64,000 bases of DNA from the NCBI GenBank assembly GCA_951406725.2, contig OX597830.1:75888001-75952000 (forward strand), written 5' to 3'. This stretch comes from Octopus vulgaris. Taxonomy: Eukaryota. Below the pieces are notes generated by a model, which saw only the letters and a program-made list of their open reading frames with translations, had not been told where the DNA came from and did not search any database. The translations under genes were made by a program, and so were the position numbers. Positions 42,649-58,289 of the stretch are shown here, piece after piece; position 1 is the first letter of the stretch; each line of letters begins with the position of its first letter.

Positions 42649-42840
42649 TATATATATATATTTACTATTTTACTCTATTACTTGTTTCAGTCATTTGACT
42701 GCAGCCATGCTGAAGAACCATGTTTAGTCAAACAAAATCGACCCCAGGACTTAATCCTAGTACTTATTCCATTGGTCTTTTAGGCCGAAACACTAAACAC
42801 ACGGTGGTCAAGTGATGGTGGGCAATACAGATCCACAAAC

Positions 42841-42992
<152 letters not shown>

Positions 42993-43118
42993 CGTTAGAT
43001 AATTAGGGTTCTGAACTTTTAGAAATAGCAGCCAAAAAATCTTAGCTATTTCTTCTATTATAAGAAAAATCTCCCAGACAATGTATACTCAAAAATAATT
43101 CACAATATATATATATAT

Positions 43119-43217
<99 letters not shown>

Positions 43218-43637
43218 TAAATATCGATATATATACATATATACATACATTTACACACACACACACACAACACAAACAACACTTAATGGAGTAAATATAA
43301 TGGAGTAAATATAGTGATCACTTTTTCTGCAATTCATGTAGATTTTTAATAATCAAAGAAAGATAAGTTACACTTCGTATGTGTGCGTGTATGTGTGCGT
43401 GTGTGTGGGTATAGATTATATTTATATTTATATTATATAGAAGAAATTTTATTCATTTTACAGATAGTCAATTATATTCGACGAATTCATTATATATTTA
43501 ATACAAATATATTTGACGCAACGTACAAATAATGCAAATATATTTGTATAAAATTTATTATATATGATCCGAGATATGTGTGTGTGCGTGTTTGTATACA
43601 CACGCTCACACACAAACACACGCATACATAGATACAT

Positions 43638-43686
<49 letters not shown>

Positions 43687-43870
43687 AGATAAGAAAATGG
43701 AGAAATACATCTAAATCAAATATCAATTACCAGATAATACTCAATCACATACTTTATTAAACCACCACATAAGAGACTGTAGGGTTAAACATATTGGATA
43801 TATGGATATATATGTATATTGGATATATGTTATCCCATGGAGGGTTGCATTTACAACCCCTATCTCAATT

Positions 43871-43922
<52 letters not shown>

Positions 43923-44706
43923 TATATACATATATATATATACATATATATATAGATAATAAATATATTTACAGTAGTAGTAGTAGTAGTAGTGGTAGTA
44001 GTAGTAGTAGTAGTAGCAACAACAAATCTTAGCAAACATAAAGAAAGAAGAAAATTAATTACAAATCAAATGGAGTGTGTGTTATAGAAATTATGAATAA
44101 GTATTTTTACACTGAGAATATTTCATGTGGACGCTTAACTTCTTCCCGCCCACTTTGGAGAAAGAATATTTCCTAAGAAAATAAATGGTTAGGAATAGAA
44201 GAAAAATCCTTGGTTTTATTTATTTTTTTGGGGTTTTTTTTTAGCTTTATCTTCAACCAATTCTCTCGTACACTCATTCATTTTATTCAACTAACTTCAA
44301 AATAGATTAGCTAGACCACGCATATTTGTTTTCTCAGAAAGACTCCTCGATTTATTTCGGCGGCAGTGGTGTTGGTGATAGTGGTGGCGGTGGTGGTGGT
44401 GGTGGTGGTGGTGGTGGTGCTTGTGTTTGGTCACTTTGGTCGTGGTGTTGGGCGGATGGATGGATGGTTGCTTGGGTTGTGTCGTTTCTTCGGTTCTAGT
44501 TATTAATTCTTAGCATTTGCTTTGTATTTGTATGTGTTTGTGTGTTTGTGTTTCATAAACTAACTATATTCATATAAAAGTCACGTTATATGATGTATCG
44601 AGAACACACAAACACACACATACACACATATATATATGCACACACATATATATATACACAAACGTACACATATATACATATAAATAAATACATCCATTTG
44701 TATGTA

Positions 44707-44865
<159 letters not shown>

Positions 44866-44945
44866 ATGTATATATATAAATGTGTTTGTGTGTGTGTGTA
44901 TAACTGTACAGATATGCACGCTTGCATTCATACATATATGTATAT

Positions 44946-44976
<31 letters not shown>

Positions 44977-44992
44977 CATATGTGTATGTATG

Positions 44993-45026
<34 letters not shown>

Positions 45027-45033
45027 ATGTATG

Positions 45034-45103
<70 letters not shown>

Positions 45104-45199
45104 TGTGTGTGAAATAGTTTTCATAATTGTATAACCAAAATGCGTTTCTAATAACGAAACGCTGATGTAGGGAAGAAGGAAACAAGCGTAAAACAAATG

Positions 45200-45300
45200 A
45201 AACTAAACATAGTAATATAACATTTATCACGTGATTTATTAATAATCGGTTGCGCAAAATTTTACCGCTTCTCTGCTCATTCATTCACTGTCATCCACAA
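45200..45300. promoter_or_regulatory. Putative enhancer island
   Basis: CACGTGATTTAT (45228-45239), TTGCGCAA (45250-45257), CTGTCA (45288-45293). Confidence 0.4.
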
Positions 45301-45368
45301 ACTCCTCCTCCTTTTTTTTTCTTTCACTCCTTCGCCTTCTTATCTCTATAATCATCATCATAATCATT

Positions 45369-45416
<48 letters not shown>

Positions 45417-46619
45417 TTCATCATCACCATCATCATCATCATTAGTATAATCGTTACTATTAGCATCAGAATCAACGTCGCCGTCACCGTCAATGTGGGC
45501 AGCATCTCCTCCCCCACCTTTTTCTTCTCCCCACCCCTCTCTTCCTCCTCCGCCTCATTCTCATCAACATCATCATCATATCCATAGCATTCATCAGCAT
45601 GATTCTCATCCTCACTGATTCCATAATAATAATAATAACATATATAAATTGTAGAATATGTATTCTACAATTTATATACGTTATTATTATAATTTATTTT
45701 TTTTGCAATTTACTTACTCTTTGACATTTTATTATTTTAATGTTAATATTTCTATTATATGTAATTTTCAAGATGGTGTTATTTAATTGTTCATTTTGAA
45801 TTGATAAAAGGTGGGTTTTTTCCAATTTATATATATATATATATATATAATAAAAGTCTTCCAAATAAAGAAGCGTAGTGCTAGGAAACACAAAAAGGGA
45901 TAAATTCATGAAAGTAATGAAAATTAAAAACATTTACCATCTCAGCTAAATCCCAGACCGAACGGTTTCTTCCTCTTTTTTAGCAAACACACAGAATATA
46001 TTTGCCAGGCCAGGTTCTTCAGTGGGAAGCCTTATATATATATATATATATATATATAGCATGGGGCCAAATCAAAGACGTAATAAACAAAGATTAGAGA
46101 AAAAAACAACACCTGGTTACAGAGAGGCATTGCAGTCGCTTCTGGCTTTTTCTTGCTCAAAAAGAAATGGAGACTACGAAACTTCATGTTACGTGAAGTC
46201 GAATGAAACTGATTTGCATAATAAGAAATATAGAAATGAAAGCAAGAAATGGTATAATCATGAGTCAAACAAGGTACATGACAACGACCAGGAGACAAAC
46301 ATCTGAGATATGCCTGTCCAATCTGATAAAGGAATCATGCCAATTGTCTAGACGTCATAGAAGATTTCAATAAAAATTCATTGAGAAATTCATTTTCAAC
46401 GAATGTGACTAAAAGTTATAATAATACATACCTTTTGAGACTACAGATTAACAAACAGGAATCCTATACATAATGTGTGTGTTTGCGAGTATGTGTGTGT
46501 AATGTATAACATAATATATATAAAAGTATTTGTATATATATGTATATATATATACATATATATATAATACATATTTATAAATATATATATATGTGTATGT
46601 GTATATGTATGTATATAAG

Positions 46620-46652
<33 letters not shown>

Positions 46653-46956
46653 ATATATATATATATATATACAAACGTACACACACATATATACATATGT
46701 ATATGTAAGCATGTATATATGCATGTATATATGTATGTATGTATGTACGTTAATTAGCCCGTTTTTCATATATTCTTAGTAATATAAAGTTTTCCTTTCA
46801 GAAATCTCGATTGACTTCGGTGGTTGCAAAAGATTTGGTTGAGGTGTGTCATATGTGGATACGTGGAGGCCAGATAAATATGTGTCCGAGTCTCACATGT
46901 GATAATACAGGACAGGCAAAGTATTAAACATCACATGCGACAGCTAGCTAGCTAGC

Positions 46957-47078
<122 letters not shown>

Positions 47079-47426
47079 CACTTAAGCACGCATACACGCA
47101 CATATACACACAGGTACCAAGCACACAATGTTATAATTTTCCCTGTACTTTATTTAGTTTTACCAGCTTTAAACTAAATTTAGATAAATGATATTTCAGA
47201 CATTCATTTTGAGATGTATCAAATTAATTTTCGAATTTAATCTAAACTATGAGTATCAAAATTATAGGCATTTTCTTAATATTAGATTATTTCCTACAGC
47301 CAATGCATGGTACAGGTTCATAACTTTTATTTACAAAATTACACATGCCGCTGTTTCCTAATTTACATAAAATTCGTATATTTTTGTGAGCATACATACA
47401 TATATACATATATCTGTATGTATATA

Positions 47427-47503
<77 letters not shown>

Positions 47504-47516
47504 GTCTATCTATCTA

Positions 47517-47571
<55 letters not shown>

Positions 47572-49069
47572 TATATGTATATATGTATATATGTGTGTGT
47601 ATGTATGTTTGTGTGTCTGTGTTTGTCCCCCTAACATTGCTTGACAACCGATGCTGGTGTGTTTACTTAGCGTTTCGGCAAAAAAAAAAGAGGCCGATAG
47701 AATAAGTACTAGGCTTACAAAGGAAAAGTCCTAGGGTCGATTTGTTCGACTAACGGTGTGCTCCAGCATGGCCGCAGTCAAATGACTGAAACAAGTAAAA
47801 GAGATATATATTATATATTATAAATTGCATATAACATAATGCTTGTTCAAATAAAATTTATATATGAATGTTTTATTTCTCTTTTTAATTTAGAATAAAA
47901 TTCTGACCAGCCACCTCATTCACAGCAGAGTTGTGAAGGAAAGCATCTTCCAAAAGGAACTGGAACCATAATAAAAGATTTACACTTGGTGAAGTTTGAT
48001 TTGAAGCATGTAAAGACGTTGTATTGATCACGTTGAATCACGTATTCTTGAAAACGATCATGTAATGAAATATTCGATATGATTGTAATATTCTTTTCTA
48101 TTCTAGGCACAAGGCCTGAAATCTTTATAGAGGGGACCAGTCGATTGGATCAACCCCAGTACGTAACTGGTACTTAATTTATCGACCACGAAAGGATGAA
48201 AGGCAAAGTCGACCTCAGCGGAATTTGAACTCAGAACGAAAAGACAGATGAAATACCTGTTTCTTTACTATCCACAAGGGGCACAAACAAGGACAGACAA
48301 ACGGATTAAGTCGTTTATATCGACCCCAGTGCCTAACTGGTACTTAATTTATTGACCCCAAAAGGATGAAAGGCAAAGTCGACCTCGGTGGAATTTGAAC
48401 TCAGAACGTAACGGCAGACGAAATACGGCTACGCATTTCATCCGGCGTGCTAAAGTTTCTGCCAGCTCGCCGCCTTGATTGTAAATATATAACGGAGAAA
48501 TAAATTGCTCGTTCACAATAAAAGACACAAGTTTGTGAGTATGTATTCGAGATTGTTTTCCCCTTTGTGGTTGGGCCTGTAAGTAAAGAAACAAAAATAC
48601 CAAATCCCCAAATATTTTTCAGCATATAACTCGAATTTTTCAGACCTAAATTTACTGCTGAGAAAGGTATGTCGACTATACACAAACACAACTTTGGAGC
48701 ACCAAAAATTTCACGTGAAACGCAACCGGATTTGGAAAGATGTCGGAAAAAACGGTAGTCTGGAATTGTAAATTCGGGAAAGGGGCTGATGGTAGGAACG
48801 TATATGATCATTGGAAGATGCCGAATATTGAGGAGAATTTTTTTTTTTTGTTTGTTTGTTCTCCACAGAAACTTGTTTGTTTGGGACGGAAAGATCTATG
48901 AGGAAGAGACGAGCTATCGAAGGGTGGATTAAGGATTGGAGCTTTGTGTATCGAACCGCTGAGGTCGATAAAATGAAGTACTGGCGAAGTACTATAGTGA
49001 AATATGTTTGACTACATACGTTCCTCGGATTTGAAACCTTGAGGCAATGAATGAAAAGCAATAATGTTA

Positions 49070-49369
49070 ATTCTGATGATAATGAGGATGAGGATGAGGA
49101 TGATGATACTTGTGGTGATGATGATGATGATGATGATGATGATAGTGGTGATGGTAGTGGAAATGGTGCTTGTAGTGGTGATAGTGATAACGATGGTGAT
49201 AAGTATGGTTGTAACAATGTTGTTTGTGGTGGTGGTTGTGATGATGATAATGATGATGGTGGTTTTGGTGGTGGGGATGATGATGATGATGAGGAGGAGG
49301 AGGAGAAGGGCGAGCTGCAGCAGCAGGATGATGAGGATGATGAGGATGATGACGACGACGATGATGATA

Positions 49370-49434
<65 letters not shown>

Positions 49435-49480
49435 AGCTGGAATGAGGATAGTGGGGATGCTGAAGATGATGAGGTGTAAG
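49070..49480. repeat. Degenerate (GAT/GGT/GAG)n trinucleotide tract; similar tracts at 30120-30290, 50420-50690, 54220-54520
   Basis: Direct reading of the sequence. Confidence 0.9.
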
Positions 49481-49882
49481 AAGATGGCAAAGAGGTAGAG
49501 TATAAAGAGAAGGAAGAGCGTGCTGAAGAGGGATGAGGAAAATGATGAGGTTAACGCCGAGGACGCTGATCACAATAAAATTGATGTGTTGAATCGTTGA
49601 ACACAAACATGGTCAAATCCTTCCAACCCCACAAAGCAGCGAAAAATACTTCATTAATTACCAAAAGCGAATGTTTATAACATTGAAATTCTCTGCCAGC
49701 AATGAGTGTCATAAATGAATGCTAGAGGCATAAAACTACATGACCGTTTATCAGGTATGTGTATGTTTGTATACGTGTGTGCTTATGTGTATATATATAC
49801 GTGTGTTTGTGCGTGTGTGTGTGAGTGTGTGCATTTCATTTTTCTGCAGGAGTGCGAGTATGCACACACATAAATACACACG

Positions 49883-49989
<107 letters not shown>

Positions 49990-50054
49990 GATGTTATGTA
50001 TTATTCATTGTATTTTATCATAGTTAAAAGAGCATGAGAGAGAATGAGATAGAG

Positions 50055-50225
<171 letters not shown>

Positions 50226-50642
50226 GAGTCTGTCAAGCTGTTATAGGAGCGAGAACAAGGGAGAACCAATCAGGAACGAGGAAGATAAAACGTGGTGAAA
50301 CACTAAAGGTGTAAAAATCCGTCACGAAAAGCGATCAATTCTGAGCGAAGGAGTGACTTAAGTGGAGTTTACCGTGTTAAGAGGGTCTAATGGAATTGAT
50401 GGGGACTGAGTATTGTTGGTGGCGTTCATGTTGTTGTTGATGATAATGATGGTGATGATGATGATGATAATGATGATGACGACGATGATGAAGATGATGA
50501 CGATGATGGATAATGATAAAAAGGGAGATGGTGATGGCGGTATTGGCGGTGACGGTGATGATGATGATGATGATGATGATGATGACGACAATGATGATGA
50601 TGATGACGATGTTGATGACGATGATGATGGTGGTGGTGGTGG

Positions 50643-50688
<46 letters not shown>

Positions 50689-50771
50689 AGGTGGTGGGTG
50701 ATGGAGAAGAAAGGGAAATGAGAACAAGAAAGTGTTGGTTAAAAGAAATGAGACAAATGGAAGAAGAAGAA

Positions 50772-50803
<32 letters not shown>

Positions 50804-50823
50804 TAATGATGAAGAAAAAGAAG

Positions 50824-50896
<73 letters not shown>

Positions 50897-51009
50897 CAGA
50901 GAGAGAGAGAGACAGACAGACAGAGTCAGTCAAGCTGTTATAGGAGCGAGAACAAGGGAAAACCAATCAAGAAGAGGAAAAAGAAGAAGAAGAAGAAGAA
51001 GAAGAAGAA

Positions 51010-51045
<36 letters not shown>

Positions 51046-51432
51046 AAAGAAGAAGATGATGATGATGATGATGATGATGACGACGACAACGATGAACAGT
51101 CTGCTGGAAACACAAAGAAGCAAAGAAGGCAATGAGGGGATGTGTTGTTGGGTTGTATACAGTAATGTATTGTCAAAGATTCGTTTGGGGGGGTCATCAG
51201 GGTGCAATGTATGCTAACAGCGACAATAGTGACAAAGGTTGTGTTGGCGGTGGTGATGATAGTGGGGGTGGCGGTGAGTATATATTCAAGGGTGCTGGTG
51301 AGTATTATTCATGTGTTATCGTTGCTGTTTAGCCCCTGGTCACATTTGACCCGAAAAAATACAACTGAGAGCGTTCCATTTGTAACCTTCGTTGTTTTTA
51401 CTTTTGTTTTTATTCAAACAGTTTATGTAAGT

Positions 51433-51580
51433 CAGGCATGAGGAACCCTTTTCTGAGAAGTGGGCCGCATAAGACATGACTTATTATCAGGTGGGCCGCA
51501 CCACTAAAGATATTGAAGATGTGGTATTCAGAAAGTGCCTTGGGCCACATGTGACCACTGGCGGGGATTACCCATGACAG
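51433..51580. mobile_element. Small hAT-like MITE
   Basis: 'caggcatgaggaacc' ... 'ggattacccatgac' imperfect TIRs with repeated subterminal GTGGGCCGCA. Confidence 0.5.
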
Positions 51581-51846
51581 ATCCAAGACGAGGCTATTTC
51601 ATGTATCTCTTCATTTCAAGGAGCGCAAATGTGATTACGAAAAAATTTCGTTGTTATTTCTAGCAAATCGATTGCCCAGTCTAAAGGGTTGTTTCTTCCT
51701 CACTCCGTCTCTCGTGTTTGTGGTGATGGTCGGCTGATGGGGTATGATTTGGGGATTTAAGATGGTTGCACATGTGGCCACCACCATAAACATACAAACA
51801 TGCCTAAGTACATGGGTATATAGCTTGATACGCACACCCGCACCTA

Positions 51847-51889
<43 letters not shown>

Positions 51890-52017
51890 ATGTTTTATAT
51901 GCTTCACTCATTGCACTACAGCCATGCTGGATTACCACCTTGATGGGTTTAGTCGAAGAAACCGATTCAAGTACTACCTTTTTCAATTTGGTATATGTGT
52001 GTGGGTGTGTGAGTGAA

Positions 52018-52086
<69 letters not shown>

Positions 52087-52132
52087 GAAATATGTTACGA
52101 AAAGAAAATGTAAAATACACGTGAAAATGTAA

Positions 52133-52463
52133 GGGTAAAATCTGAAAAATCAACGAAAATGCATATTGCAAATAGAAAAAGGCTATTTATGACAGGTAGC
52201 GACAAATATATACATTTAGATTGACTGAGGTGGTATTACGAGTCATAAAGGTCATTATTATGACATGATTATAAGATGATAATAAAGTAAGAGAACAAAA
52301 CGAACCAATGCTTTACGCGAAGCTATTCATCGTTTGTTCAAATGACCTTTATAACTCGTATTACTACCTCAGTCAATCTAAATGTATATATTTGTCGCTA
52401 CCTGTCATAAATAGCCTTTTACTATTTGCAATATGCATTTCGTTGATTTTTCATATTTTACCC
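52133..52463. repeat. Long inverted repeat (~123 bp arms) between (TA)n tracts
   Basis: 52133-52256 is the near-exact reverse complement of 52341-52463. Confidence 0.9.
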
Positions 52464-52465
52464 AT

Positions 52466-52496
<31 letters not shown>

Positions 52497-52565
52497 AAGC
52501 ATATTACTCGAATACGAGAGGCAGAGTAATATGCTTTAGTGAAAAGCGCTACTAAAAAGATTAGT

Positions 52566-52819
52566 ATGTCCGCAGATCTAATTATTATTGAACATTTATG
52601 GTGCGTTTTAGAAAACCTGTAAGGAGTCGCTATCCTCCACTGGAGACTGTTTTAGCTGAAGAATGGACAACAATTCCTTTGGAAACAATGCAAAAAATGT
52701 ACTACTTTATACCTCATAGAATTCCTGCTGTAATTACTGCCAAAGGCAGTCCTACTCGATATTAAAATAAAATTGTTTGGAATTTTAAGGTGTTTCCATT
52801 ATTTAGTCGAAACCCTGTA
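52566..52819 (+). pseudogene. 3' remnant of a Tc1-like transposon
   Basis: SADLIIIEHLW..EEWTTIPLE..RIPAVITAKGSPTRY* and terminal ...CCCTG-TA. Confidence 0.8.
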
Positions 52820-52935
<116 letters not shown>

Positions 52936-53616
52936 TATAAAGTCAGAAACCATGGTCCAGGAGATAGATGGCAAATGTTTTTATTTTTCATTCCCTTAAA
53001 ATATTATCCCTAAAAGTGGTTTGAATTTTAGCTATTCCTTCTAGCGTGCCAGGTATCCTATGATGGATACCTCTTATGTGATTAAATATTCACTGCATTT
53101 ATATGAATTATATATATATAATGATGTATTAATAAGAATGAAGTTGTCTTAATTCTCATTTATTTATTATTAATATTTGCTCAGCAGTAAATGTACAACA
53201 ATTTACTAGACTCACCTTGGACTTACCGCATGCCTCGTAATATTATTAATTAACTAGTTACCGCTACATTAATTGGTTAATCCACAAGGGGTATTCATGA
53301 TACACATTTCGAGGTGTCCATTAGCATGAAGTGCTACCGAGTTAATTGCCTTGATCGTAAAGATCCCTAGTAGATGGATGTATATTTATGCATGCATGTA
53401 TATACGTTTGCGTGTGCGTGTGTGTGCGCGTGTGTGTATCTGTATTTGTGTGTATTTTCAGATTTCATGTATATGTATATGTACATATATGTGTGTGTGC
53501 GTGTATGGTTGAGCGTATGGGTGTGCGTGTGTGTGTATACATATACTCACACGCAAGGGACGTATCTAGATATGTATGCGTATGCATAGGTGTATCTCTC
53601 TCTCTCTTTATATATT

Positions 53617-53667
<51 letters not shown>

Positions 53668-53708
53668 GTGTATGTTTATGCATACATGTCTATCTATCTA
53701 TCTATCTA

Positions 53709-53761
<53 letters not shown>

Positions 53762-53778
53762 CCATCCATGTTCATATT

Positions 53779-53861
<83 letters not shown>

Positions 53862-54024
53862 CCATCCATGTTCATATATATGTGTGCGCGCGTGCGTGTA
53901 TAGCTATATCATCGCATTTATGTGTTTATATATGTGTGTATTTACGCCTGCATATGTGTATGTCAATTTTAAAGGCTGGAGTCCTGCAGTATTTTCAACC
54001 CAGACCCTACTAACACTACCACAG

Positions 54025-54200
54025 CAGCGGAAAATCCATTAATCCAATCAGAAAATTAATTACGTTTTCCATGGGGCCAATATCACTTACAAAATGGAGG
54101 CTACTTCCGGTTTCCAACAATTTTAATTCTTCCCAATCAATTTTATCCCCATAATCGTGTCCCTTACGTTTACAACTAACTCGGGAGTTCTTTATCAACA
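54025..54200. promoter_or_regulatory. Promoter-like island (CCAAT x3, YY1, ETS, TAATCC)
   Basis: CCAAT at 54044, 54077, 54133; CAAAATGGAGGC 54090-54101; ACTTCCGG 54103-54110. Confidence 0.4.
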
Positions 54201-54859
54201 GCTAGAACCAGAACTACCATGTACACCACCATCACCACCACCATTAACACCACTGCCATCTCCATCACTACTACCACCACCACCACCACCTCCACTACCT
54301 CCTGCACCAACACCACCATAACCAGCACCATTACATCTAGTCCCTTCTCCGCAGCCACCGCTATGAACACTACCACCAAAAGAGATATACCTCCACCACA
54401 CCCAACACCAGCATTACAACAGCTAACTTCAACATTATTGATGGTGTCGCATATATAGTCATCATCATCGTAGTCGTCGTCGTTGTCCTCATCGTCATCA
54501 TTATCATCATCATCATCACCTCTTCGAAACGACATTACTTACTAGGAGACGCCAACGGGAATGTTTCAGCGTAGTCATGCTACTTGCTTGAAAAAGAAAC
54601 CGAATCTAGCTCACTGTCTTAAACAAAATAAGGACGTAATTTAAAAGTGTAGTCCTAGATAACCATATATTAGTAAAAACTGGTTCAATAAAACACACAT
54701 ATATACCTACGATACGCGGCTGTGTGTTTTAGAAGCTTCCGACACAACCTTATGGTAGTGCATGGCACCTTCGGCAAGTACCTTCAACTATTGTTCCGGC
54801 CACCCAAAGTTTTTGAGAGAATCTGGTAGACGGAAATTAAAAGCAGTCCGTCATATAAC

Positions 54860-54985
<126 letters not shown>

Positions 54986-55217
54986 GGTGTGTGAGTGTAT
55001 GTATGTCTGTGTGCGTGTCTTTGCATTTGCGTTCCCTCCCACCGCTTCACAATCAACCGATTGTTAGTTTGTTTACGTCCCCGTACCTTAATGGAGAACT
55101 ATAATTGCCCGACTTACAAATTAAGTACTGGGGTTGATTGTTCGACAAAAACTCTTCATGGTGCAGCACCAGCATGGCCGCAATACGATGACTGAATAAA
55201 CAAAAGTAGTATGCATA

Positions 55218-55262
<45 letters not shown>

Positions 55263-55307
55263 ACACATATATATATATATTTATATATATATATTCATAT
55301 ATATAGA

Positions 55308-55356
<49 letters not shown>

Positions 55357-55450
55357 CAGGGTGAATACTTGATAACTGTAAGTACCTGTATATGCCAGCT
55401 AGTCGTGTAGGTGATAGGATATATATATGTATCAATCTATATATATATCG

Positions 55451-55563
<113 letters not shown>

Positions 55564-55647
55564 GAGACAGAGAGAGCTTTTGAAGTGATGTATAGTTATT
55601 GTATATTTAGAATAATGAGGTAGTCAGAATGTTGGATGATTATATAT

Positions 55648-57091
55648 GATTGATTGATTGATTGATTCTAGTTTCAGCTTATGAGCTGTGGCCATGCTGG
55701 GGCACCGCCATTTGGTGTCGCTACTTGGTTTCACTTCATGGAGGCTTTCTAGCAACTGCCATTTGGTGCATGAGAGAGTTCGATGCAGCTGCCCTCATCT
55801 GCCCCTCCTGCCGTGAAGTTGGTTCATCTGGGACACCTGACAGGAAGAGATCCAGCTTCATTTTAAAGACATCTGTATCCACCCCATGCAGGTCTCTCAG
55901 GTTCTTCGGGAGGATATTGAAGAGCTGTGGGCCTCGGAAGCCCAGGCTATCACAGAATCTTGTCCTACATCTTGATGGCAGGTTTGGAGTCCTAGGCACC
56001 ACGCAGTGGCGCCCAGTTCTGGCATTTGCGTAACTCTCGATGCCAAAGTTCAGGACACTTCCCTCCAGGATCTTCCAGATGTATATTATGGCATATCTTT
56101 CCCGCCTACGCTCCAGGGAATATAATTTTAATCTCTTGAGTCTTTCCCAGTAGCTTACATTCTGCATAGAGGCTATCTTCTTTGTGTAGCTTCGTTGGAT
56201 CGCCTCAAGTTCTGTGATCAAACTTGACACTGGATGGTGACCATAGCTGAGAGCAATAGTCAAAGTGGCTTAGGACAAGTGTCTTCCAGAGGACCATCAT
56301 TGTTTCTTGTTCTCTTGTTCTAAAGGTTCTAAGAATCCATCCAGCCAGCCGTCTACATTTCATTGTCAGTTTAGCAACATGTACATGAAAGGTCGCGTCA
56401 TCACTCATGTGAATACCCAGGTCACGCACTGATTGTGCCTCTGGGATTGCAATCCCTCCGGGTCCAGTGTATTCATTGGGTATTGCATTCAGTTTTGCAT
56501 GCTGATAGTATAAAGCTTGAAACTTTCCAGCATTGAACTGCATGCTATTCTTTTCAGGCCACTTGTATATTTCGTCCAGCTCACATTGCAGGTGTTTAGT
56601 GTCCTCAGGGTTCTGTATTGCCTGTGAAACTTTTGTATCATCTGCATAACTTGTGATCGTGGCTCTCTGCGTGGCTGAGGGCATGTCTGAGAGGGCCATT
56701 ATGAACAGTAGTGGTCCCAGAACAGTGCCCTGCGGAACACCGCTCACTATTTGTGTGTTAATGGAGGTGGCCCCATTGGCTACTACCACCTGACTTCTAT
56801 CCTTCAGAAAGTCATGAAGCCATTCTCCCAGTTTTCCAACTATGTTGAGATCACGCAGTTTGTGACATATCATTCCATGATCGACTTTATCAAAGGCCTT
56901 TGCAAAGTCGAGATATATCACTTCCACATTTGAGTGGTTGAGCAGCCGTTTCAGCACCCAGTCATAGTGTTGTAGGAGCTGAGTTAAACAGCTTCTCCCT
57001 GGTCGGAAACCATGTTGGGTGTCGGGCAGCAAGTCATTCTCTTCAAGGAAGGTGATCAGCTTCCTTCTGACTATTCGTTCCATGACCTTGC

Positions 57092-57097
<6 letters not shown>
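55648..57097 (-). mobile_element. 5'-truncated CR1-group LINE with reverse transcriptase domain and one frameshift (~56220)
   Basis: QHGFRPGRSCLTQLL, YLDFAKAFDKVDH, GVPQGTVLGPLLF, YADDTKV, RDLGI, LYSLERRRERY. (AATC)n tail, flanked by TA repeats. Confidence 0.95.
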
Positions 57098-57133
<36 letters not shown>

Positions 57134-57136
<3 letters not shown>

Positions 57137-57362
57137 TTTACATCTTATTCATATTTATAGCGCTTTCTTCCCTTATCAGATTTATCAAAAAAATGCTTTA
57201 AAGTCAGATTGCTTGGCATTTTCATATATATATAAAGAATTTTCTGGGGTTTGCCAAGCAATTCTTTATATATAATAACCACAAGAAATCTAATTTTAAA
57301 TCATTTTTTGATAAATCCGATAACGGAAGAAAGCGCTAAGAATGTAAATAAGATGAAAATAA
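57134..57362. repeat. Imperfect fold-back palindrome in (TA)n
   Basis: 'tagcgctttcttcccttatcagatttatcaaaaaaatg' pairs with 'cattttttgataaatccgataacggaagaaagcgcta'; centre ~57250. Confidence 0.85.
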
Positions 57363-57509
57363 ATAAATAATATATACATAATCATCCAAATTTCTCACTA
57401 CCCTACTATTCTATACATACATACATATATATATATATATATGGATGTATATATATATGAATATATACATATATATATAAATATATACATACACATATAT
57501 ATATATATA

Positions 57510-57579
<70 letters not shown>

Positions 57580-58289
57580 TATGTATGTATGTATATGTAT
57601 CAAAGTCATCTGTTATTACAGTATGACCTTAGACTAGTGGTCCTCACATAAACAAATGTCAATCCCTTTATAAAACAAAAAAGAAATTTCGAAATTTTAT
57701 CGGTTCTCTCCTCACTGTAAATGCTGAGTTATAGCTTGTATCTACATAACTCTTTGCTTTGCCAAGTCGTTGGATATGTTGAGAACTTTACAGTCATCTA
57801 AAATTGGTAAGCGTTGCAATATGTCGGATTTCTTTTTCAAAGAAGGTAAGTCTCCTCCCACCGGATATGGGGGCTGATGCCTCTATTAGTTTGTTACATT
57901 GGAGTGATTTTAACTTAAAGAGTAGTAACTATATACCGCAAGCTCTTTTCAACACTCTAGCAATTCTGTCAATCCATAGATATCGCTTTCACTACGTTAG
58001 TCTTCAAGCGGGAACTGATACGGGATGGCCAACAACATAAACATCAACAGCATCAACAACAGCAGCAAGAACCCTTTCTTTATATTATAGGCACAAAGCA
58101 TGAAATTTCGTTGGAGGGCGGCTAGTCGATAACATCGGCTCCTGTGCTAGATTGGTACGGATTTATCGACCCTGAAACGATAAAAGATAAAGTCAAATAT
58201 TTCGTATTAATAACTACATTGTTTCTTTCCAGGTAAACAGATATGAGACTATTCGGAGAAGGCTTCTAAAGTAACTAGTAGCGACTCTT

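Noticed and set aside
45159-45194. CTGATGT...GAAACAAGCGTA
   Set aside because: The would-be stem II is all purines and cannot pair, and the core is imperfect.
49051-49479. 142-aa Asp/Gly-rich ORF resembling an acidic biomineralisation protein
   Set aside because: Degenerate (GAT)n tract open in several frames and on both strands, no signal peptide, and similar tracts recur through the window.
52656-52695. CTGAAGA...GGAAAC hammerhead-like match
   Set aside because: Lies in Tc1 transposase coding remnant (AEEW..LET), with no NUH or stem I.
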